From Sphaeroforma arctica JP610 (taxonomy: Eukaryota), in assembly GCF_001186125.1 (NCBI RefSeq), contig NW_014040548.1:94873-136841 (forward strand): a stretch of 41,969 nt of DNA, in the 5' to 3' direction. Positions within the stretch are counted from its first letter, which is position 1. Each line of letters begins with the position of its first letter. Made by a program: the position numbers and the translations under genes. The notes beneath the pieces were generated by a model, which saw nothing but the letters and a program-made list of their open reading frames with translations, did not search any database and was not told where the DNA came from. This document shows positions 1-10,703 of the stretch, piece after piece.

Positions 1-1144
1 TACATGAGTCCCACCCATGCCTTCAACAGACCATAGTGTCGTATGTTCTTCGCCGAAACACCCGTCGGGGTACACCCTATACTCCTTGTATGCTACTCCA
101 CCCTTCTGGTGGAGTTACACTCTTCTTCGGCGATCAATCCTTACTCTTTAGAGAGCTCCTCAGCTCTCGCCTTAATCCCCTTTCTTCGCTAATCTTACTC
201 CTTCGTGCCACTGCATGTGCCGTTGTGGTATCGGTATGTGTCTGCCTATTGTAGACCTCTCGTGCTCTACGGCCCCTCTGTAGCTTCTAGATCCTACCTA
301 GTACTTTCTTTTGAGCAGCTCTACCACGAAGTTCTGCTCAGACAAGTAGATCCTAGTGCTTCTGTGGCTTCTACTACGCCTTGTACATTTTCTACCTAGA
401 ACTTCCCCATTCTACCGAATATCATACCTGTCTATGTACTGTAACTTCTACAGTGATTCTTGATTTGCGGCGATTCTCTGACTGTGCCATTAGTCTATCT
501 ATTTCCATGATTCTACTGTTAACCCCTATAGTCAATGTACCTGGATGCTAATTAAGTGCGTACATACTCTTTTATCCCTTTTATCGCTCGATTTCGTTTA
601 TGAAAGAAAAAAATTATCCCGTAAACCCGCGAGGAATGCACCATTCTAAGAATAACATAGCATTCATTGATAATTGTGTACGCTATCTGTTCTTTGTGCC
701 CTTACTTATATCTAACCACAGTTTAGTCCCTCTTTGTATCTGCAAACTAGGGCTCTGTGAACTACTTATCTCTCTCCTTTGTCTATGCCTAGAGTTAGGT
801 CGTATTTCCTATAATTATTATATCTTCTTGCCCTGCGTTGTTGTAGGAGCCACCTTCTTGTTTCTAAAACCAACTTCTTCTATGTACACTACCCTTTAGA
901 TCTTATACGCTGTGTATTGGTGCCATTTCTCTAACGCAATTCCTATTTAGCAACTTCTAACTAAAATATTTCTCTAACAGGGTTCTAACTTGGTATCTAG
1001 CCGACAATATCACCCATGCTGTCTGTTTCTATAACATAAAACCACAAACTATTCTTCACCATCGTTTCTACTTAACTGATTGTTAGAGTACAATGTAGTA
1101 GACTTTAAATAAAGTACAAATGTATGTATTTATTTCTGACTTCA

Positions 1145-1565
1145 NNNNNNNNNNNNNNNNNNNNNNNNNNNNNNNNNNNNNNNNNNNNNNNNNNNNNNNN
1201 NNNNNNNNNNNNNNNNNNNNNNNNNNNNNNNNNNNNNNNNNNNNNNNNNNNNNNNNNNNNNNNNNNNNNNNNNNNNNNNNNNNNNNNNNNNNNNNNNNNN
1301 NNNNNNNNNNNNNNNNNNNNNNNNNNNNNNNNNNNNNNNNNNNNNNNNNNNNNNNNNNNNNNNNNNNNNNNNNNNNNNNNNNNNNNNNNNNNNNNNNNNN
1401 NNNNNNNNNNNNNNNNNNNNNNNNNNNNNNNNNNNNNNNNNNNNNNNNNNNNNNNNNNNNNNNNNNNNNNNNNNNNNNNNNNNNNNNNNNNNNNNNNNNN
1501 NNNNNNNNNNNNNNNNNNNNNNNNNNNNNNNNNNNNNNNNNNNNNNNNNNNNNNNNNNNNNNNNN
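1145..1565. other. Assembly gap (N run)
   Basis: Run of N bases. Confidence 1.
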
Positions 1566-1567
1566 CA

Positions 1568-2029
1568 CTAATCGTCTGGCTGGACCCTCGTCTTAGCCGT
1601 TTGGCCCTGCTGGCCCTGTCCTTTTATTTCTTGAACTTCTAATGCCTGCTCCTGATTCGGTTGCTCCTTGGGTTCGTTCGTGGGCTCTTTGGGTGCGGTC
1701 GTAGTGTCAAAATCTGTCTTCGATCTTGAAGTCTCAGTAAGGTTAGGCCGGAGCCTAAATCGTTCGAGCTGTTTGGCCATACTTGTTCGATTTAGCCTGA
1801 AGCGTCCATTGGTCGCCTCAGATTCCCTTTGCTGATCCCATCGGACGTGCTGATCGCTCAGTCTCGGCGTCTCTTCCTCTTCACTGTTACTATTTGACAT
1901 CAAGGATGGCATTGTGGCACTAGCGTCACTACTGGCGTACCCACTGTCGTCTTCTACCGCGTGTGGATTGTGAAAGATTCCGTCATTTTGCAGTGCCATC
2001 TTACTTTCACTATTATAATTCGACGTCAT
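1568..2029 (-). CDS. Orphan acidic, low-complexity ORF; possibly the N-terminus of a retroelement gag/ORF1
   Basis: 153-aa ATG-initiated intronless ORF ending at the edge of the gap, inside the TE cluster. No recognisable domain. Confidence 0.3.
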   Translation of the reverse strand: MTSNYNSESKMALQNDGIFHNPHAVEDDSGYASSDASATMPSLMSNSNSEEEETPRLSDQHVRWDQQRESEATNGRFRLNRTSMAKQLERFRLRPNLTETSRSKTDFDTTTAPKEPTNEPKEQPNQEQALEVQEIKGQGQQGQTAKTRVQPDD

Positions 2030-3275
2030 CTTTCTTTGTTCGTCTTATTCCTATAGAAAAAACTAAAAAATTTCATTCAATTATTATAACGTAGCTTATT
2101 TCTTAATTACTAATAAACTCACAACTTCCTTGGTAAGTTAAAAATGTGGTAAACGAAAGCTTCAATAACTGTATCGCTACGTTCTTCCTCCGTAGAGAGG
2201 GAGACGTTGCTCATTTATTAGTAATTGTAAAATTAGTGACTCTAAGAGTGAGTCATAAGTCATGTGCTGTAATAGTCAGCAAAACCTAAGTTTATCAGAT
2301 TATTCTGATAAACTGTAAAAAGCTATACTAACTAAAATAAACTACTAAACCCTAAGTACTTGTATTCTGACCACAGCCTATTTGTTAGTAGAAAGTACTA
2401 TGAAAATGTGTTTGTGATGCTGTGAACACGTAGCTAATATATAGGTTCCCTTACCGTGTATGTATTTCTCATAATTGTTTTCAGAGTAGTATAATAGCGA
2501 TGTATGTCCGTGTGGCTCGTATTGAAGGATGTGGATAAATGGCGTGTCGATAAGAGGTGCCGGAGGCGGATACTATCGTTTAAAGTTATGCCACAGAGGA
2601 TCCACCTAGTCCCTCTTTCTAAGTATTATTGTATGTGTAACCATTTACATATTATTATTGTGATTTCATGCATCTCTTGAATTATGAGTTCAGTATAATT
2701 ATGTGTACGCTACTATGTTGATATGTGCCGTCTATATGAATTGCCGTGGTCATCTATGTCTGTATATGTTATGTTAAATAAAAAAATTTAAATTTCGGTA
2801 TAACTAATTGTATTTATGATCCTATTAGCATATGTAACCGTGTATATCATCGTACCCATAAAAGTATCCTTTGTTTCTTGTGTTCTTTCGTATATGAGTG
2901 ATTATAGTTAAAACAATTATCATTGACAATTGATATTCAATCTAAATCATTAATGCATGAACCAGTTTCAAGCTGTGTATCTCATGTGACGTCATATCCT
3001 AGGTATAAGTATGTTATACCATGGAATTATTATCCATGATACCGTAGTAAAAAAATGTCTGGTATTCGTTGTTGTTATACACCTTGTAACATGAACGACT
3101 CCGTTATAATCACTGTACCATGTGTATGCAACTTAATCTAGTCCGTAACCAAATTGAGATTTACTGGTCCGAATCAGCCACTAGTCTATGTTCATTTGTA
3201 ATGTATTATAACTTCATATCTGTTTATGAAGAACTTCCATGTTAAATCTATCCATAAATTAAAGTGTCATTTCTT

Positions 3276-3346
3276 TTGAATGTGATTATATTCGATTGAA
3301 TGTGATTGTATTCGATTGAATGTGATTGTATTCGATTGAATGTGAT
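3276..3346 (+). repeat. 20-bp tandem repeat, ~3.5 copies
   Basis: Unit TTGAATGTGATT(A/G)TATTCGA repeated directly. Confidence 0.9.
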
Positions 3347-3645
3347 CTCGATTTCAAACACGTATACGTGTGACCCTATGTTGATTTGTTATGCGTAAGC
3401 CCTCTATCTATAACGCGCAGGACCTCCTCTAATATGTGTGAAAAGATGAGTGTCGTAGCGTGCGTATTTGCTGAGATATCCGTGTTTTAGCTGTGAGTTA
3501 TATATTGGTTATTGTATGTTTACGAGTGTTAACGTTCATTGTAACACGTAAACGGTTGTGAAACCGTTTTCTATTGTTTTTTGAAAAAAGATATATGAAA
3601 TAATTAGGCCCATTTTTAGGCCCCGTTGTTCTGTAAATATATACG

Positions 3646-3712
3646 TAAACGAATTAGACTAAAAGCGTAAAACGCATTAGACTAAAATTGTGAACCGCAT
3701 TAGACTAAAAGC
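3646..3712 (+). repeat. ~23-bp tandem repeat, 3 copies
   Basis: ATTAGACTAAAA core at ~3653, ~3676 and ~3699. Confidence 0.8.
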
Positions 3713-4060
3713 ATAATGTTTGTGAAAGTTAATACAGAGTGTTCTCCTTCATCCGCCTATGTTGCGGGCGGTTACCATTTTACTATATAATAACAAATAA
3801 TACTGTACTGTCTTCTTTCTTCTCTCATTACAGATTTGACCGTGTGCGACACCTATATATGTGACGCTCACCAACCATGGGTATCAGCGACAACTCCTTG
3901 TCGTGCCCGGCCATATCGTAGTATACCATTAAACCTACTTATTCTGGTCTGCGCTTGTTCTTAATGATTTGAGGTGTTATGTATGATGTGCGCGTGGTGT
4001 GATGTTCTCATGAGCATACTTGAGATGGGCACGCTTTCCGTGACTCCGTCACAGCGCCTT

Positions 4061-4230
4061 ACATGTTCCGCCTGCCACACCAATAGGGTTACGCATATTC
4101 CGTCGTCTACGTAGTAGTGTCTCAACTGTATCGCCTCCTGCGTGACACGTCACACATGTTCCGCCTGCTGCGTAATCATGTTGTACACGTTCCGCAGTCT
4201 ACGTAATAATGCTACCCGTGGTATCGTTGG
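4061..4230 (+). repeat. Diverged ~93-bp tandem duplication
   Basis: ACATGTTCCGCCTGC...TTCCG...GTCTACGTA...GTATCG occurs at 4061 and again at 4154. Confidence 0.7.
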
Positions 4231-4273
4231 GTACGTAATAATGCTATCCAAATCAACACCATTCATAGCGACT

Positions 4274-4575
4274 ATGCAACACGCTTGAGGCTGCGAGTTC
4301 CTACCGACTCTTAAGTGTTAGGACAAAGTTCAATGCGAAGTGTCCTCAGGGTTGCTCACCTCTGAGTAAGAGTCAACAGGGTGCTCGCCTGTACTCTCAG
4401 CATCTAAATAACCATATGGTATATTCTGTCGACTGTGATAGTGCCATGCAGCACGCTAGCGAGGCTGCAGCTGCTCACCGACTTCAAAGTGCCTACGCAA
4501 AGTTCAATGCGCCGTGTCCTCAGGGTTGCTCGCCACTGAGTTAGAGTCAACAGGGTGCTCGCCTGTACCCTAAGC
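4274..4575. repeat. Two ~130-bp diverged direct repeats (4274-4402, 4446-4575) with conserved hairpins
   Basis: Shared blocks CAAAGTTCAATGCG, GTGTCCTCAGGGTTGCTC and AGAGTCAACAGGGTGCTCGCCTGTAC. Confidence 0.85.
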
Positions 4576-5019
4576 TTACAGATATACTTGCCACTCACCA
4601 CCACGGCTCATGTTTAGCGACGTATGACGTCGTGTGTCTGCTTGTTTCTATGTCTATTGTATTAGTGTTGCACGTATATTACTATGACACTAGTGTAAGC
4701 CCTTGTATGTTTATATGTGCTTGTTGTCTTCTTATAGTGTATGATGCATCAAATTACTTATATTATTTCCGTTGTTGTCGAATATGTATCATGTTTATCT
4801 ATCGTAATGTGTGTAAGCAATGTGTCTTCTAATAGTGATCTGTGCAGCTCAGTGCATCATATATGTTCTACTACAGGTGTCTATTCTGTATATAACAGCT
4901 TTTATTACAAGAATATCATTCCTCTAACATCGACTATCGGTTACATGAGTGTGTTGTCATCACCCATGCACGCAGCAAGAACGCAACCTCGGCCAGACAT
5001 ACCATCGACCCAGGCTGCT

Positions 5020-5230
5020 CTAACCTTGTACCAGGCGTCGTTGTCGTCGACTCTCACGCGTTTGAATCCATTTGCGATATGCGGGCACGACGTTGGGATC
5101 GTCAGAGGCATCGGCTGTCATCCATGTAGGAGATCCTTCCAACCAGCGTACCGAATATTTCGATTGCTGAGTCGCCTCATTATGACGGTGCGATATGATG
5201 TGTCGAAATGTCGAGCCGCCCTCTCTCCAT
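5020..5230 (-). pseudogene. Chromodomain at the integrase C-terminus (element 1)
   Basis: FRHIISHRHNEATQQSKYSVRWLEGSPTWMTADASDDPNVVPAYRK fits the chromodomain pattern I..HR...Y.V.W.G...TW.......LV..Y. Confidence 0.75.
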
Positions 5231-6270
5231 AGAGATTCATCGAGTAGTGGCTCCGTAGCCCGATGCACAAGCCGAATAATCTCCACATTCACGGGTCGGT
5301 CTCTGAGCTCAGGCGGCTTGCTGCTATCCTTTGCTCGTAGATGGTAGCTCTGATTTTCCCGACTATGGATTACGTACGGACCAAGCAGTGGTTTCATGGC
5401 TTTGGTCGTCGCTCCCTGAGCGAGTATCATGACGACGTCTCCCGTCTTACATTGAGTCAAATCAAATTTACGCATCTGATCCGTAGCCTCTGCTATGACA
5501 TCAGTATACTTAATCGTTTTCAGATGAAGTTTTGGTAAGATAGTCTTCTCCAAATCATCCTGCCTCTTTAACCATGCATCATTCGTGGTAGGAATATGAC
5601 CAGGTAAGTCATCAGTCATGTTTGCAAACGGGACATGTCGTCGACCAAAATAAACGCTAAATGGTGCTGATTTGTGACGTCGTGATATCCGAAGGTTCTG
5701 GTATAACATAGTAAACGGTAGACGTTCATCTCACAACTCCGGACAACCAACACACTATGCGCGCACGCATTTGTGGATTTCCTTATGTCGGCGTTCCGCC
5801 GCGCCAACTTCTGCGGGCGGTATGGTTGGGACGTCTTGTGTATAATGCCCAACGCTCGTGTGATGGATTGGACAATATTGTTTACAAATTCGGTGCCCTC
5901 GTCACTCTGAATCTTACGAGGAAATCCATGCTCACCAAACACTGACACTAACTCTGCCGCCACTGTCTTTGCATCCTTCGCAGGTATCGCCCTTAGAATA
6001 GAGTAGCCGCCACATCAAGCACATGTAAAATAAATTTGTTTCCTTTAGTGGATGTGAACGCCATAGGAATGAGATCCATGTGTATATGATCCTAGGGGTA
6101 CCGAGCGGTAATATTCATTAACGGATAAAATCGTATTGTTGCTCCAGCATGTGCGACATAACTTGAGGACTTCTTCTGTGATTGGAAGCATCTGGTCCCA
6201 GTTATGTCCATCGTCGCGCGTACTGTAACTGCTGGGGCCGGATGTCCTTGTTCATGAAATTGTAATGTCA
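5231..6270 (-). pseudogene. DDE integrase (HHCC + rve core + GPY), frameshifted
   Basis: HEQGHP...LCRTC; DHIHMDLIPM...GNKFILHVLDV; AIPAKDAKTVAAELVSVFGEHGFPRKIQSDEGTEFVN...SQPYRPQ; PLLGPYVI. Confidence 0.9.
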
Positions 6271-6559
6271 ACTGAACCCGACGGTTCGCTTCCTCGTGCC
6301 CTGGATGATTCATCACTGTAGCACCCGCACATATTTCAGGAATCTGTGCAGCGATCTGTCGCGTTCGTTTCGTCATCACCGGTTGTGCCCAATCTTCCTG
6401 ATAACGTGTACTAGCGTCTTCACATAGAGGTACCTCCAACCCTAAGTCACACCAAAACGATGGATTGAATTTGTATCCAGATGGAGGGCCAATGTTTTTA
6501 CCGATTCGGCTAAACCCTAAAACGGGTATATACCACAAGCCTGTGAGCCGTGCTTCAAG

Positions 6560-6890
6560 AATGTGTGAGCCATACGTGGGATAAGTAGCGGGTCTGCTTG
6601 CATCATCGATAGAAGTAAAGGGAACCATGGCACACGTGTGTTCAACGGTAAACATATTGTTGCCGACGCCTTGTCCTTCAACACCTTACGCAACACCTTA
6701 TGTGTAAGACGCAACGTTGGGTTCATCCATGCGTTGTATTTACTCCAGTTAAACTCAAACGCCCCGCCATCCTTGTCGTACGACCAGTATTGGCGAAGCT
6801 AAGCGTTATGACTCGAGGCAAAGGCATCGGCGTCGTTTGGTCCAAAGTGCTTCTGGATCTGGTCAAAGAAATCCGGAAACAACTTCCAAC
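6560..6890 (-). pseudogene. DIRS-type Dam-like N6-adenine DNA methyltransferase domain inside Gypsy pol
   Basis: Same frame as RNase H, with one TAG at 6799-6801: WKLFPDFFDQIQKHFGPNDADAFASSHNA*LRQYWSYDKDGGAFEFNWSKYNAWMNPTLRLTHKVLRKVLKDKASATICLPLNTRVPWFPLLLSMMQADPLLIP. Motif order matches the DIRS MT pattern. Confidence 0.8.
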
Positions 6891-8530
6891 ATGACGTATA
6901 GAACACTGCGGGGTAGTTTATATCCGCCGTGCCCTCATGAACACGACTCCGCATGTCTGGTAACTTGTTCAGTTCTCCAGGTACATGTGTAATAGTAAAG
7001 TTGAACTGTGCAATAATATGATGCCATCGCTGCAACATACTATTCAGCTTCAGCTGAATGTTCATGTATATGAGAGCCTTATGGTAGGTGTGTACAGTAA
7101 ACCGCTGTCCAATGAGATGATCATGGAAGTGAGCCAAAGCGTAGGCAAGTGCTAATAACTCTTTCATCGGGGTTGCATATGTCTGCTGTGCCTTGTTGAG
7201 AGTTTTTAAGAAGAACATCAGGTAATTTGCGTCCGTCAATTTATTGAAACAATGCGCCACCAATCCCATAATCGGTTGTATCCGTTTCTAACTCAAGTGG
7301 TACACCATCAACAGGAAAGTCCAACCTGAAGTGACATTTCTTCTGATATTAAGTTTGATCCGTCAGGCGTCGAATGACCTCTTGAACCGTAGCAATGTGC
7401 TCCTCGTATTCGTCCGATGCAATTATTAGATCATCAACATAGCATTGCACGTCCAGTCCTGCCATCAAATTACTGATTGTGCGTTGAAATTGTGACGTGA
7501 GTGTCGTCGAGCCAAAGGGAGCCGACGTAAACGAGTACTGTTGACTGTCTCATGTAAACAAAAACATGTGCTGCGAATCGACGTGCACCGGTAACCGATG
7601 GTATGCGGCCGATGAGTCCAACGTGGTGTAGTAACGCTTGCACTTCAGGTTGCCGATGATTTCGTTGACCTTTGGAAGCGTAAACTGATCGCCCGGAATA
7701 AGAGCGTTGATCTGCCGCAGGTCTAAGCACACGCGCACCTTAATAACTTCACCCAACGGTGTGAATGATGGTGCTGCCAACAAAGGAAGGTTAACAATCG
7801 ACGCCGATGTCCGACGATTGGTGACCAATTCGTGTTCCCATTTGTCTACTTGCTTCGATACATGTGGTTTGTATTTGTCAGATACAAATTTTCTTGTCTG
7901 CCGACGTAGGCCCAGGTGTTTATTCCGAGGAATAGGGAGTGTCACCTCACTACCCGGGAGTGTGCAGCGAGCTGCATCCAGGATAGTGTCATTAGCATCC
8001 AGGTGTTGGCGTAGGCGTAGGCGTATATTATCTGGCTCGGACAAGTCTGGGGCCGTTCGAAGATTGATCGGTTTCGGGAGTTCATCCATAACATTACGAT
8101 TAATCTCTGGAAATGAAGGTTCTAATTCGGTTAAGCCTAACCCTAACTCACCCATAATATCCATACCCAGTATTATATAAATGTCATTCGGTAGGTTCAT
8201 AAGTTCAAATGTACAACCCTCAGTGGCAGCTGACCCGTACTGGACCGTTGTTGCTTTTGTTTTGCCCAAGCGTGAAGTTCTGGAGGCTTTGTCCGCCAAG
8301 TATATGTAACTATCCTTGGCCGGTGGTGTAATAGAGAGGTGTGCCTTAGCTGCGGATGCCTGAGTGATGACTGAACGGTTGGCCCCCGTGTCAAGAAGGG
8401 TGCGCATGTCATGTCCGTTCACTTGTAAAGTAACATATACACGGTTGTCAGTAGGAAACAATTTATCTTTTACTGTAAATATTCTTGTTGCCGTATGACC
8501 AAATGACATGCACATGTTCTCATCAGGCAA
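6891..8530 (-). pseudogene. Aspartic protease, reverse transcriptase and RNase H of element 1 (RT thumb/connection deleted near 7325)
   Basis: ORFs 7550-8530 and 6799-7269 plus intervening frames. Translation jumps from KKCHF directly to LDFPVDGVPLELETD, whereas element 2 has about 100 aa between these points. Confidence 0.9.
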
Positions 8531-8539
8531 CCCAGCCTG

Positions 8540-9910
8540 TCACTCCGAATCTGTTCCAACTTCCCAACCATCGGGTGTCGGCTCTTCTTCCATCAACTCA
8601 TCGCTACTCTGCAGATACGACTCATCGACCAAATCATGAATGTGCATCACTTCAGTCTCCCCTGTCTCGGTGGTTGGTTGATCAGGCATAATATCACCGT
8701 CCACTAAGTTAACACTGGGTCGAAAGTTAGTACCCGATCCGCGAGTCCCGCGTGTCGATATACTTGTAGCCGATGTGCGTTGAACTGTAGCTCCACCATT
8801 TTGTGTGCGGCTACCTGTGCTAGCCTGGATCAGTGCTCGTTGTAAGTAAGGACAACGACTTGCATGTCCTGGTCCCGGCGGAATGTTTTGCGCACATGAT
8901 CGACAACGAACCCGTGGGTTCGATGTAGGCGCGTGTATTCGCCTCCGTACGCAAATTTGAACGCGATCGCGAGTTCCCCAGAAGTCGTAGAGGTCGCGAA
9001 AACTTGTCTCGGCGATTTTCCCCTGATTTGTCAATGTTCACACGGAATACATCACGCATCTTTTCAGACGAGTAGTTTCGCCACTGTGGATGCATTCGAA
9101 GAGTATCCCGGTAGTACGCCCCACCTGCAGCTTGGCGTATAAGATTAAGTAAACCATGGTTGCGGTGTACTTGTAGGGGGTTCTCATACTGTCGCATTTC
9201 CATGAATACCACCTGGCGCTCAAAATCACAAATCTGAGTATCAAGCAACACCTGTCGGTATGCATTATCCTCCAGGTCTTGCTCTTGTGTACGTACAATA
9301 AAAGCAGGGGCATCCTCAAATGTCATAGACTGTAATTTTTGCTCGTTTTCCACAATAAAATTCAATAGCGCCTTAGGAGCCCCTTCATGCTGTAGAGCTC
9401 AGTGTAAACTCATTTGCATATGAATCGGTTCTAGCTTGTGAAATCGCGCATTCTTATGCCAGTCCAAGATAAAAGCGTGTAACTGTATCTTCTGTGGATT
9501 GTCCAAATAATAGTTACCCTGTGGGTTGGGTGGCCATTCCTTCGGTGTTCGTTTGTCGACCGTTTTGGAACACGTCTTCAGAGTCTCATTCGACGCACGA
9601 ATTAGATACTGTAGCGCACGCGCATCGTCTATGCGTCCGTCTGCTCCTGCCTGCATCATCCGTTGGGTCAGTTGAAAAACTTACATTTTCATCTCGGCCG
9701 CTGTCGATGCAGTAATGCTAGGCTCCGTATGTTCTGCACTGCCTGCGGGTCTTCCAAGTAGCGGTCGTGATGAACAGGAAGGTGCTTGCGGTGTGCAATT
9801 GTATCAATAGGGACATTCGCCGCATACTGAGAATTATCCTGTAACTCATCTGGTGAACGTGGTTTACGGAGACGTTGCAACTTATCACTGTAAAAGCCGG
9901 GCCTCCACAT
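8540..9910 (-). pseudogene. gag-like region of element 1 (fragmented)
   Basis: Successive minus-strand ORFs 9399-9659, 8820-9365 and 8540-9034 directly upstream of the protease; CCHC-like motif CRSCAQNIPPGPGHASRC. Confidence 0.65.
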
Positions 9911-9918
9911 TAGAATCT

Positions 9919-10575
9919 TGTAATATAAACGTGTTTTCCTTAAATGGGTTTTAACGGTTTTATTAATTAATACCTTTTCCATTTTACATATCAGATATTT
10001 GGACAAGGTCATTAAAAGGCCCCAGTAAAATACCAAACATAAGATTTGGTCTAGTTTTATTAATAGAACTATATTTACTTTACAAACCTTTTATATCTGA
10101 ATACTTCGGCAGCGAGATGGCTCAACCGAACATAGGTTTCTAAGGACTATTAGCATTCCTTAGTTTATCCTCCGATCAGCCAACGGTAATTCCTGATAAG
10201 TGGCAAGTTATTGGTTAATGCACTAACTATGGACATCAAGAGTATTTTCTTTTTTCTTTTCTTTTTTTCTTCTAAAGATGGGATTTTATGAGTCTCTCGG
10301 ATTCGCCCCAACGAAACATACCATAGTTACTAATAGAGCGACAACGAAACACAAAATAAAATCCCTTCGGCGAAAACAGTACTGAGAGGATTATATATAG
10401 ACAATGTCTCAGCCTCACAATACCTCAGAGTATTGATGTTTTCACGAGGCATACCCAACTTTACTAAACGACTCATTTCGTTTATTTTTTTCCTCGAATT
10501 TAATTATACTTAGACTTAACCTAAGCGTTAATTCGTCTAAGGCGTTAATATCGCCTTGATAGACCGAATCTTACA
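9919..10575 (+). repeat. 657-bp LTR (TGTAA...TTACA), probable 5' LTR of element 2
   Basis: Canonical inverted termini. Its left part recurs inverted at 14808-15057 and its right part recurs directly at 15773-16116. Confidence 0.75.
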
Positions 10576-10703
10576 CATCTTAAAGTTAGCAAAGGTATTA
10601 ACTACTTAGACTACTTCAACGGTAAGGTAGATAACTACCACGAAATTTTTCCTAAGCACAGTCATTCCTTAGGAGAATAAGACTGAAGTCATAAGTTAAG
10701 ATT

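Larger units (their letters stand above)
5020..9918 (-). mobile_element. Degenerate Ty3/Gypsy (Metaviridae) chromodomain-bearing retrotransposon, element 1: gag-PR-RT-RH-MTase-INT-chromo
   Basis: Minus-strand motifs in Gypsy order: Zn knuckle CRSC-X9-H-X3-C; protease LLDTGA; RT RVCLDLRQIN, TTLDSSAAYHRL and YVDD (7430-7441); RNase H ELLALAYALAHF...LPDMRSR; integrase HEQGH...CRTC, IHMDL and IQSDEGTEFVN; GPY motif; chromodomain. Many stops and frameshifts. The 5' end is cut at 9919 by an LTR; its own LTRs were not identified. Confidence 0.92.

Noticed and set aside
1..1144. Strand-biased, pyrimidine-rich segment as a coding or TE remnant
   Set aside because: No recognisable motif found and frequent stops.
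3721..3831. Short TGT...ACA segment as the 3' LTR of element 1
   Set aside because: No second copy, no TSD and no adjacent polypurine tract.
4300..4400. Hammerhead ribozyme (CUGAGGA on the minus strand)
   Set aside because: No correctly placed GAAA after a stem II, and no compatible stem I/III arrangement.
5020..9918. Element 1 as a DIRS/Ngaro element because of the MT domain
   Set aside because: It has an aspartic protease, Ty3-type RNase H, DDE integrase and chromodomain; no tyrosine recombinase motifs were seen.
9914..10580. LTR 9919-10575 as a solo LTR with TSD AATCT/CATCT
   Set aside because: Only a 4/5 match, and the same LTR sequence recurs at the far end of element 2. Not excluded, but not preferred.
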